Under the pieces are notes generated by a model. It was not told the origin of the DNA and ran no database searches. It worked only from the letters and a program-made list of their open reading frames with translations. From a virus: a DNA stretch of 64,000 nucleotides. The position numbers were made by a program, and so were the translations under genes. The DNA is taken from positions 8,100 to 72,099 of the IMG/VR virus record IMGVR_UViG_3300045988_121566; one strand, 5' to 3'. Position 1 is the stretch's first letter; every line of letters starts with the position of its first letter. Of the stretch, positions 51,742-63,000 are shown in pieces.

Positions 51742-52743
51742 ATGACATTTGAAGAAGCAAAGAAGATATTGAAGAAAGAGTTTTTGGGAATTAGATTCAA
51801 GAAGTTCAACAAGCCTCTTAAATTTGAAGAAAAGCTATGGGTTCGTAATGAGAAGCCAGAGATTCTTGAAGCTTTGCGTATTGTGGCAAAGAATGGCATT
51901 AGTGTTTGCGTTCCAAAAGCAGCTCTTCGTATTCGCAGCATAATTACCAAGAAGATGAGGGCAGGAGAGGAAGCACTGTCTCCAGTTTCAGGCACTCCAT
52001 TGAGCGCATCAGAAGGAATAAAATTGCAGTGGAAAGACAACAAGAATACAGTCAAGAACCCTGCTCTTAAAGAAGCAGCCTCCCAGTTCAACGATGCTTT
52101 GTTGGATGAGCAGGGAAAGAAGATAAAGCGCTTCGGCAAAGAGATTGCCCGACTCAACAAGATTATCCGCAAGAAGAACTTGAAGATTGCAGAGAAGGAC
52201 GAGGTGATTGGCGACTTGGGCAAGGAGTTGAAGGCGCAGAAAGACTTGGTAGATCATATTAGTAAGCTACGTGATAGTGCCAAGATTAATCTTAATCTTC
52301 GCATGAAGGAATGCGAGAAGTTGAAAGAGAAGTTGGAAGAAGCAAACAATCTGGTTAAAGAGGTTCGTAAAGTTTCTAAGGAGTATTGTGAATACGGTAT
52401 TGCTGCTGAAAAGATGATTCAGAAGTTGGCTAAGATAATAGTTAGCAAAGGTCTCGCTCCTTCTGATGTCTTCGAGAAATGTCGTCTTTGGGCGAATGGC
52501 TACAGATTCAACCCTCAGCTTCCTGAGCTTAGCAAGGACGGCAATGGTATCTTCTACCATATTGCTGGGGTTGATGTTGCAGAGGAAGGCGCTGACCATA
52601 CTGGTGTAATGGTTCTATGCGGTAAGGATTTTGCTAAGATTCTTAAAGAGGACGAGGAAGCAGCAGAGGAACTTTCAAAAGTTCTCAATGACGTTATAGA
52701 CCGATTTCTTCTGTTTGGCGAAATTATTATTAAAGAAGAATAA
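51742..52743 (+). CDS. hypothetical coiled-coil protein (333 aa)
   Basis: ORF track with an ATG start 4 nt after the upstream stop. Long Lys/Glu-rich heptad-like region. Confidence 0.55.
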   Translation: MTFEEAKKILKKEFLGIRFKKFNKPLKFEEKLWVRNEKPEILEALRIVAKNGISVCVPKAALRIRSIITKKMRAGEEALSPVSGTPLSASEGIKLQWKDNKNTVKNPALKEAASQFNDALLDEQGKKIKRFGKEIARLNKIIRKKNLKIAEKDEVIGDLGKELKAQKDLVDHISKLRDSAKINLNLRMKECEKLKEKLEEANNLVKEVRKVSKEYCEYGIAAEKMIQKLAKIIVSKGLAPSDVFEKCRLWANGYRFNPQLPELSKDGNGIFYHIAGVDVAEEGADHTGVMVLCGKDFAKILKEDEEAAEELSKVLNDVIDRFLLFGEIIIKEE

Positions 52744-52746
52744 GCT

Positions 52747-54066
52747 ATGCCAATAAACAATAACAAGAATACGCATATGAACAAAGGGAGAGTTACTATA
52801 ACGGAGCCTTCTCCTATGGTTCAGCAGATGGCGCAGCAGAATTACGCCATGAAGAATGGTGGAGAGCTGCCGATGCAGGGTGCGCCAGGAGGAGCTTCTA
52901 CACCTGTTGCTCCTCAGCCGATGGATATGAATTTCTTTGGTGGAAATGGAGGTGCAACTGGCAAGTTTGAGATGCCGGCTGTTGCCACAGCTCCCGACTT
53001 GACTCCAGAAAGCAAGGCCCCCGACCCAAAGTACGGAACAGGTGGTGCTCAGTTTGCCAATCCCTCTGGTATAGACAAGAAGGATTTGGGTTCGTTATCA
53101 GCAGCCTTGAACTCGGCAGGAGTATCTTCTCCTTCTTCTGGAAGGGAGTTTAAAGCCGATGATACAAAGAAGGATGGCGGTTTCTTTGGCTGGATAAAGG
53201 GGATTGCTCCAAAGTTTAGGCCTGGAATACGTGATGGAGAGACAGACGAAGAGTACGATATGCGGAATACACAAAATATGCAGCGTTTGGCCACCTTTGC
53301 GGATGCTATCCGTCACATGGGTAATATCGTGAACACTTACAAGGGAGGACCTTTGCAGCGATTTAATGACCCTACGGACTACATCTTGGAAGGCTACGAG
53401 AAGCGCAAGGCGGAACGTAGACAGCAGGATGCAGCTGATGCGGATGCGGCTTACAAGCAGGCAACTCTCAATTTGAAGGAACGTGCTGCTGAGGCTAAGA
53501 ACGCCTACGACCAGTTGAACCTGTTGCTTAAACAGAATGGAGTGACTCTAAGTAAAGACAAGTTCGACTACCAGAAAGCCAAGGATGCTGCAGCCGCAAA
53601 AGCTAAATCCGAAAAGGATGAAAGAGACTTCAAGTACAAACAGGAGCGCGATAAGGTAAAGGACAAACAGACAGAAAAACGCCTTGGCATTGCAGAATAC
53701 AATGCTACCCACAAGGGACGAGGAGGTGGAGGTCGCTCTGGAAGTGGTGGTGGTAGCTCGTCTGCTAAATACATAACTTGGGATGCAGAAGGCAATCCTC
53801 ATTACGCATCAAATAAGACAATGTATGAAGCAAATGAAGCTTACTACAATGGAAATACTTCTGGCAATTCATCTACTTCAAACAGCAAGGAAGTGCTCAA
53901 TAGGGATGGCTCTACTACAAGAATCACCAACAGACAAAGCGGTTCTTCTGTTGCACAGAGAGCAGGAATGCAGCGAAGACAGAGGGAAGAAGCCAGAAAG
54001 AGAGCATCAAAGCCTGCCGGCAAGTCGAAGAATGGCTATAAGAATACAAAGAAACTTGGATTATAA
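52747..54066 (+). CDS. hypothetical low-complexity basic protein (439 aa), virion-internal candidate
   Basis: ORF track. Gly/Ser/Lys/Arg-rich tail (GRGGGGRSGSGGGSSSAKY...). Lies immediately upstream of the giant ORF. Confidence 0.55.
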   Translation: MPINNNKNTHMNKGRVTITEPSPMVQQMAQQNYAMKNGGELPMQGAPGGASTPVAPQPMDMNFFGGNGGATGKFEMPAVATAPDLTPESKAPDPKYGTGGAQFANPSGIDKKDLGSLSAALNSAGVSSPSSGREFKADDTKKDGGFFGWIKGIAPKFRPGIRDGETDEEYDMRNTQNMQRLATFADAIRHMGNIVNTYKGGPLQRFNDPTDYILEGYEKRKAERRQQDAADADAAYKQATLNLKERAAEAKNAYDQLNLLLKQNGVTLSKDKFDYQKAKDAAAAKAKSEKDERDFKYKQERDKVKDKQTEKRLGIAEYNATHKGRGGGGRSGSGGGSSSAKYITWDAEGNPHYASNKTMYEANEAYYNGNTSGNSSTSNSKEVLNRDGSTTRITNRQSGSSVAQRAGMQRRQREEARKRASKPAGKSKNGYKNTKKLGL

Positions 54067-54083
54067 ACATTAATATATAATAT

Positions 54084-57000
54084 ATGGCTGGAGATAAATT
54101 TGACCAACTTTACAACGCCTTGAAAGCTGATGGCGCAGTTACAGGAACGAGAGAGCATTTCAGAAAGTTCGTGTATGCGCCTGGCAAGCAGGGCTATCAT
54201 AACAGAAAGCAGCTCTATGATGCTCTTCATGCTGATGGTGCTGTTTCCAGTAATTCCTATGAGGAGTTTGCGCAACGGCTTGGACTCCATGCTGTAAATC
54301 CGAAGCCTCAGCAGAAGCCAGTAGCACAGAAGCCTATGACAACAGCACAGAGAGCAATGCAGGTTCCTCAGCAGTATCAGAGGACACAATTAGGCAAGGC
54401 TCCAAAGAGTGCCCCAAAGAACGCTTCTCCTTTCGTGCAGTCTTTGTATGATATTGATGATGCGCAGAAGGGAGCAGGTTATCCAGTTGACTATACTTCA
54501 CCTAAGGCTACCCAGCAAGTGTATCAGCAAAATCAGCGGATAAGAAGACAGGCGGCAAAGACTGCTGCAAAAAAAATAGACAGACAGGCAAGTCATGCTC
54601 AACCTATCATGCAGACAAATACACCTGCTGATACTTATATAGGTAAGACTGAGGGGCAGTTGATGGACGAAATGAACCAAAGTGCAAACGCTTTGGTTGG
54701 TTCTGAAATGGGCGATTATCTCGATAAGGTTATAGGAGACGAGTTCAAGGCGGCTCATGCAAGAGGACTTGCAGCGTTGAGTGCAAACAGTGGAGTTCAT
54801 GGTACTGGTGGTGCAGACTGGTGGATTGGTGAAAGAGCTTACCAAAATCAAATGGATCAAGATAAGCAGCTTCAAGAAATCACAGGGAACATACAGAAGA
54901 ATATAGAAAGTATCTTCTCTAACCCAAAGGTTAAGCAGAGAGTGTTGTCTGATGCTCAAAAACTCGGAGTTTCCCCAGAGACATATATTGAAAGTTCACT
55001 TGCACCAGCCCTGATAGAGAAAGCCGGAAAACAATTCAATAATACTCAGCTTAACCGCATGATGGCAAAGGGTGCATCTGACTATATTGCAAGCGGCATT
55101 CTTAATTCTCTCACTGGAACATTGCTTACTGGTCTTACTTCAACTAAAAGTCAGAGGCAAATGCAGCAGCAAGCAGATACAATGACAGAAGAGGGGTTGA
55201 ATCCAAACTATAAACCGGGCACTTGGGCAAAAGCATCAAAAGGAGCTGTGGCTTTTGCAGCAGATGCGCCTTGGTATAATCTCGCTGGTATCGGAGCTGG
55301 AGCTTTGACAGAAAAGGTTTTTGGTAATGCAGCTCAGCAGATGGCGAGAGTGGCTAACCAGTCTTTGAGACAGAGGGTGTTTGAAGGTGTAGCAAGAGGC
55401 ATTGTTCATGGAGGAGCTACAGGCTTTCAATATGGAGCCATCAACGGAGCCGTTCAGAACTATTCTACAGGAGAAGATACTTCGCTTTTGGGAACTTTGA
55501 AAGCAGCAGCCAAAGGTGGATTGGAAGAAGGTGTTAGCTTTGCTACTATGGAAGGCATGGGTGGCGCAGTTGGAGCTTTTGGACATGGCATTGGTCTTAA
55601 AGGAACGGAAAAGACGTGGAAGCAGAGAGTTAACAAAATGGGGCAAAAACTTACCTATGAAGGCATTAAAACTGGTATGGAAGGTATCGGTATGGCTACA
55701 GGTGGGGTTGCTTCAAGCTATGCTAATCATATTCTTACTGGTGATGACTGGCACGGTTTCTCTACAGAGGGAACACTTGAATCTTGTGCGAGTGCTGTCA
55801 TCTTTAAACTTACCCATGCGAAAGACTTATTCAAAAAGGAAACAGATAGAAACGGCAAGCCATTCAGCTTTACCAGCAATATTGCCCAAAAGACTGCAAG
55901 ATTTTTCTTGTCTGGCGAGACAAAATCAGCACCTCATGTTTTTTCTGACGAGGAGAAACATCAGTTGTTTGCTGCTGGTTCTGAGTTAGGAATGAAGCCT
56001 ATGGAGAATATTGTCAGCTGGGCAAAGCAGGCTAAAAAATACAGATCTGATGATATTGAGAAGAGCGAGGATGGTTCAGATCTACTCAATAACTATCAGC
56101 AAATCATGCTTGACCCAAATGTTTCTTGGGATGCCAAGGCAAAATTTACTACTATGGTCATGGGTACAATGCCTGAGTCTCGTCCTATGATGGACCATAT
56201 ATCCTATGGAACAGAAGATGGAACAGATGGAGACAATCGCATACATACTTATAAGACCGTGAACGAGTATGCTGCTGACGGAACACTTTTGTCAAAACAC
56301 AGATTTGACACAAAAGACAAGAGGGAGTCTATCATTTACGAAATAGGTGTAAGAAAAGAGGAGTTGCGTTCTAAGAATGCTCTTGCTCTGTTGGTTGGCT
56401 TAGATAGAAACAATTATGACTTGCAAAATTCTTTCTTTAAGAAGAATGCGAAAGACTTGGAGCAGGTTCAAGAGATTGTTGAAGGTATGCAAACAGGCGG
56501 CTCAAAAATAGACCATCAGTTTACGGAGTATGTATTAAATTCTGAAAGAGGTTCTTTCTTGCCTATCGTTGATGCTGTGGCAAGCAAAAATGGTATGGAT
56601 AGAGAAAGTATGCTAAAGGCATTTGATAAAGACCCAATGAAGCGAAGTGATGAAGAGCAGAATGCTTGCGTTCAGCTTAGAAAGGCTATAGAAATGTCTG
56701 TGTTCCCGGCAAATAAAGTTCATGAAGAACAGAGTGTCATGGATGGTAAAGATGTCGCAACAGACAACAACCTTGGAACTGAGCAGCCAAATGGCGGTGC
56801 AGTTAAAGCAGAGCTTGACGGGTTGAGACAGGCTGAGGCTGAAATGGATGAGCTTATGCGTGATAATGATGTATTCGGTCAGAATTTCCAAAAACTGAAA
56901 CAACAGGGTTTGACAAATCCGCAGATTTATGACTGGATGGTTCAGCAGGGAGGTTTAACTGTTGAGCAATTAGAACCATTTGTTCACTATATCAATGCGA

Positions 57001-60000
57001 ACGCAAGAGTGCAGGGTATGCAGGAGGCTACCAAGAACGCCATTGACGAACAGGTTTCTTCTTATGTTCAGGACTGGTCTTTCCACGGAACATTGAACGG
57101 GCAGGAAAAGAATGGCGAACAGGCGATTTACGTGCAGGACAGCAACGGAAGAACGCTTCTTGTTGGTACTGGTGAAGTGGCTTTTGACACAACTACAGGA
57201 AGGGCAAAGGAAGGCGTTGGTGATATGCTTGTATGTCTTGACCAAAAGACAGGCGAGACAGTATATGTCAAGTCAGACGAAGTGAAGTTTGTTGGCACAC
57301 AGAGTGCAGACGATTTTGCTAATGGGTATCGTCAGGAGTTGCAGATGAAGAACTCTGAGCCTTACAATCAGGCAGCGCAGGAACAGGCGATGCAGGATGC
57401 TGCAAAGCCTCAGCCAGAGGAGAAATCTAAAGATGATGCCGCAAAAGGTGGTGATTTAACAAAAGATGATACGACTTTAACAAAAGTTGATACCACATCT
57501 GGAAAAGATAATACCACAAGCGAGGACTTAGTACCACAAGAGCAGCCTCAGCAGGCCCGAAAGTTTGCAGATGGTTCTGATGTTCCTATGACAAAGGACA
57601 GCAAGGGAAGACCTACACCAGACTATGAGAAAATGACTCCTGAGCAGAGCGCAGAGATTCTTACTGAGGACTTCGGGGAGAATGCCGATAAGGTGGTGGA
57701 CGGACAGATTCAGAAAGCAGAAAAGGCTTTGAAGGATGCCGAGAAGATAAAGGTGGACTATACCGCCGAGCTTAACGACATCATGGAGCAGGAGGCTTTG
57801 AAGAAAAAGACCGTTGAGGCTGCCAAGAAAAAGCTGGAGCACGCTCAGAATGTCAAGAAGAATATGACCGCCAAGAAGGTTGCAGAGACTGTGGGTAACA
57901 CAGAACAGACTGAGGGTGCTCATGAGGCTGGCAGCGTGGCCGCGCAGAAGTTTGAGAATGCACCAAGACTTGTGGGCAATAAGCGCACAAGAATGCTTCC
58001 TGACGGAGAGACTAAGATCAAGGGACACTATGAGATTGTTCCGGCTGAAAGTCTTACTCCTTCTCATGATGTGAATAATGGCTACAAGAAATCTGAGGGA
58101 TTCCCTACCGATGCAGAGGGAAGAACCGTTAATGACCGTGACTACGAGCACGACAAGGCGGCTCAGCAGAATACGGACCAGATTGCCAGGAAGTATAACG
58201 GTATGGCTATCGAGCAGGTGCCAGTGGTATCTGACGAGGGTATCGTATATGATGGCAATGGTAGAACTATGGCAGGACAGAAGGCAGCAAAGGAAGGTAC
58301 GGATGGAGAATACATCAACGACCTCTTAGAGAATGCCGAGAACTTCGGCTTTACAAGAGAGCAGATTGAGCAAAGCGGAATCGAGCACCCACGTCTGGTA
58401 TTGGTGACCGATGAGAGATTACCATACGATACAGCTACCTTCTCCAAGTTCAACCGCAACGAGAAGAAGACGCAAAGTAATACCGAACAGGCAGTAGCCA
58501 AGGCCAAGACGTTGACTTCTGACGAAGTAGGCGCTATTGTAGCCGAGATTGAGGGAAGCGGCTCTCTCGATGCTTTCTTTAACAATTCCAAGGCAATAAA
58601 TGACTTGGTTAAGACGTTAGTAGATAAAGGCATCATCGGACAGAACGAGGTGGCGCAGATGATGGATAGTCCTGAGCGCCTTTCTGCACAAGGCAGGGAG
58701 TATGTGAAGAACCTTCTCCTTGGTTCCATCTTTAAGCCAGAGACTATCAGAATGCTTGGCATCGACTCTGCGGTGAAGAATAAGGCTATCAACGCTATCC
58801 GTTCGGTAATGGATAATATGAAACTTGGCGATTACTCTCTTCGTGATGAGATTGACCAAGCCATCCAGTTGCTCTATGAGGCAAGACAGGGTGGCAATAA
58901 GGTTGATACACTGCTGAGAACACCGGATATGTTCGGTGAGGACGCAGCAAAGCGTTATCCTTCTATCTCTCAGATGATGGCTTTAGCCTTGGAGGGCAAG
59001 GTTTCTGATTTCAGAGATTTGCTTGATGAGTACAACAGAATTGCCGCTTCAAGAAATACTGGTGAGGGCAATATGTTCGAGGCTGCTCCTACCAAGGAAG
59101 AGTTGATAAACGAGTATTTAAACTTTAAAAAATGGCAAGATTATGGCACAGGACATTCAGAAAATGAAGGAGGCAATGATGTTTCAGGCATTCAAGAACC
59201 TAAACAAGAAACATCAGGAGGAAATGGATCAGCAGGAGAAGGAGCAGAACCAGAGCGACCAAGAGTAGAAGAGACTGGCGATAAGGAACTTGGAGCTACC
59301 AAAGTTTCAGCTAATCCTAAAGCTACAATTTCTGAAAGAAAGCAGGCTTTGCTTGACAGGATTGCCAGTGGAACAGTTAAGAGGAAGGATGAGGCTTGGG
59401 GTATGCTTGCCGATGCTGAGGAGCTTTTGGCAGAGTACTATGGTATTCCGTACGATGAATATGGCGGCCGCCAAAGAACCAGCAGCACCACTATAGACAT
59501 CGTTCTTAATCTCTACACAAAGGGTGTTCTTGACAAGATTACTGACGAACCTATCCCTTCCGCCACTGAGAAACAGATGAATTATCTGATGAAGTTGGCT
59601 AAGGGAGAGCATTTGTGGGAGTCTGGGCTTGAGGGTATGATTCCTAATAAGAGGCAGGCAAGTTGGTTGATTAACGCAATGAAGGGTTTGGGTGATGAAT
59701 ACTTATTGAGTATGCACCCTGACGAAATCGAAGAGAGAGAAAGGGAGATTTATAAGGGCATCGACCTTGTAAGAAAAGCCAATGGTGCAAATTCTTATGA
59801 TTGGAACCGTATGCGTCTCCTTCCAAGAGAAGAGAAGACAGACCCTCAGTTTAACCCGATTGAGGCTGCTGCCGCTGAATTTAAGAAAGAGCATCCTCTG
59901 ACTGAGGAGGAAATCATGAAGTCTGACGTGGATGATTTATCCAAGGATATGGCTTTGGACTATCTGAACGGAGAAGTGACAGATGATTTGCACCGTGCAA

Positions 60001-63000
60001 TCTACGAAAGCATCTATGCTAAACGTAAGGAATTGAATGCTGAGCAAAAGGTTGACACTTCTAAAACAGAACCATCTGCTAATCCTATTGAAGAAATCAA
60101 GAATGCAGCAGAAGGATTCGAGAAGGAGAAGAAAACGAAAATAGAACAGGGCGAAAAGCCTCAGCAGAAAGCAGACGATGCAGCGGTATCAGCTTCAAAC
60201 AAAAAGGTCAACGACCTGTGGAAAGAACTTATGAATGCTGGTAAGGATGAGGTTTCTTCTTCCTTTATCGGTCTTAATTCAAGACAATTAGAGGTGTTGC
60301 CTAAACTGGTGAGTGCAATGGCAGAGAATGCTTACCTTAGAATTAAGAGAGGTATGCACAATCTTGAAGACGTAGTAAAGGAAATGCGTAAGGAGTTTGC
60401 TCCTGCTGCCAAGATTTTCAAGAAAGAAGATGTGGATGCTATCTACGAGCAGATGATGAATATTCGCTATCGTGATGGCGAGCAGCGCATGAGCTTGAAG
60501 GACTGGGCTGACTACTACGAGAAGACTTCTCCTAAGCATCAGGAGAATCTGGTTGGTGACTCCAAGAATGCCGAGGAAAGAAAGCAGAAGGAGAATAGCT
60601 TCATCAACCGCATTCAGACAGTTCTTTCTATGGGAGAATTTAAGACTGGCATTGCGGGTATGAGAAAGATTGCCGAAGATTGTGGTCTTGAAGGCACTAA
60701 GGATACCGACTTACAAGAGTTGGTGGAAACCGCTGTTGTAGGAATGGCAAGGCGGTATGCTTCAAGCAAGGCTATGAGTGATGATGTTAAGTTTGCAAAG
60801 ATAAAGCTTCTATATAACAGACAGCCTTCACTCAACCAGCGTGATTCTGAGCGAGTGATGAAACAGCAGTATTCTACCCCTGCCCCTTACGCTTATCTCG
60901 CAGATGTGTATGTGAAGGGTAACGGCAAGGAGATAAAGAGTGCGCTGGAGCCAAGTGCAGGCAATGGTATGCTTACCATCGGCTTGCCAATGGATAAGGT
61001 GCATGTGAACGACATTGATGCTCAGAGATTGGAGAACCTGAGAAGACAGGGCTTCAAGAACGTGACCAGTCAGGACGGAACCCAGCCTTTTGCAGACAAG
61101 GACGTTGACGTGGTGGTAACAAATCCACCATTCGGAAGTGCAATCCCTAAGGAGTATGACGGCTATAAGATTTCTTCTTTGGAAGGACAGATGGCTATCA
61201 ACGCCCTGGAGAGCATGAAGGATGATGGTCGTGCTGCCATTATCATCGGCGGAAAGACAGAATACGCCAAGAACGGAAGCCTGAATCCGAAAGATAAGGC
61301 TTTCCTTGGTTATCTCTATAGTCACTATAATGTGGAGGACGTGATTAATGTGGATGGTAGTCTCTATGCAAAGCAGGGAACTTCTTATCCTACACGTATT
61401 ATATTAATAAACGGAAGACGCTTGGACGAGAATATTTTTCCTCCTGTAAAGGATAAGGCAAGAGCGGAAACCGTGAAAGATTATGACGAACTTTATAAAC
61501 GAATTGAAGATGATATACTACGAAGTGAACGGATGGATTCTTCCATCGGAGGAGAAACAAGAAGTGCTCAACCAGAACTTGATCAACAAGGCGCTGCTGG
61601 TACTCCTAAAGAGAGAGTACGAGCAGGAGAACGAGGAGGAAGCAAACCAGATGGTGAGCGAGAGCCTGACCTATTTGACTCCACTTCCGTATCAGGAACC
61701 CATGATGACTTGGAAAATCAACGAGGAACCGAGCCAAGACAAGATGGAGGACTTCCTAATGGAGATAGTAGAGCAGACGGAACAGGGACAGAGCCTTCTC
61801 CAAGCAAAGAACCAACCGCTGGAACCAATGAGCAGCGAGGAAATGGATCAGGAGGAGCTGGACGGAATGACGCTCAGCCAAGTACTGATGAATCTACCAA
61901 CGCCGGGAGCGGAAGCGGACCACGGGGACAATTACAGCGGGTGGACAAATCCGTACGTGGACTAAGCACCGAGAAAGTTACTTACGACCCTAAGAGTGAA
62001 AATCCATTCACTCTGAAAGCTGTTATGCCTGCCGATCAGCAGGAGGCGGTTAATAAGAATCTTGAAAAGTTGGGCGATGCCGACCAGTTCCTTGTTGACG
62101 AACTGGGCTATAACGATAAGGACGATTTGTATTCTCATCTTGCCGCAGAGCAGGTTGACTCTGTAGCCCTTGCCTTGCAGCAGGCAAAGAAGGGCAACGC
62201 CTTTATTATCGGCGACATGACCGGTATCGGTAAGGGAAGACAGGCTGCTTCGCTTATCAGATACGCCAAGAAGCAGGGTCAGGTTCCTGTGTATTTCACC
62301 AAGACAGCAGGATTGCTGAGCGATGTTTATCGTGACTTGGTGGATATTGGCAGCCCAGACCTAAGACCATTTGTATTCGGTAGTGCCAAGGAAGCTGCCA
62401 TTACCGACTCAGACGGAAAAGTGGTATTTGCTTTGCCATCGAAGAGTGAGGTGAAGCGAGTGCTTGATTATGTCGAAAAGAACGGAAAACTTCCAGACGA
62501 ATACGATTATGTATTGACTACTTACAGCCAAGTAAGCAATGGAGTCTACGAGTTTGACGAGAATGGTGCCCGAAAAGAGAAGAAACTTGCGAAGGGTAAG
62601 ACATTCGGCGCTGCTGCCCTTAGCGGACAAAGAAGACGTGATGCTATAGAAAAACTGATGGACAACGCCTATCTTATCCTTGACGAAAGCCATACGGCTG
62701 GTGGCAATAGCGGTCAGGGCAACTATTTCCAACACATTATTCAGAAGGCAAAGAACGTTACCTTCTTCTCTGCTACCTTTGCCAAGCGACCAGACAATAT
62801 GCCTATCTACGCTTTGCGTACTGCTATGAATGAGGGCGGTATGAAATCATCCGACTTGATTGATGCGGTGAAGCGTGGTGGCGCAACCTTGCAGGAAATC
62901 ATGAGCCAGACCTTGACACAATGCGGTCAGATGATTCGCCGTGAGCGAGATATGACTGGCGTAACCATCGACTGGAAGGCTATTGATGATCCTGGGCGAG

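Noticed and set aside
61483-61965. A 160-aa + strand ORF with a fairly protein-like acidic translation.
   Set aside because: It lies in the +1 frame of the Gly/Ser/Glu/Arg-rich disordered linker between the MTase and helicase domains of the giant ORF. Low-complexity coding DNA often keeps alternative frames open. There is no independent start context.
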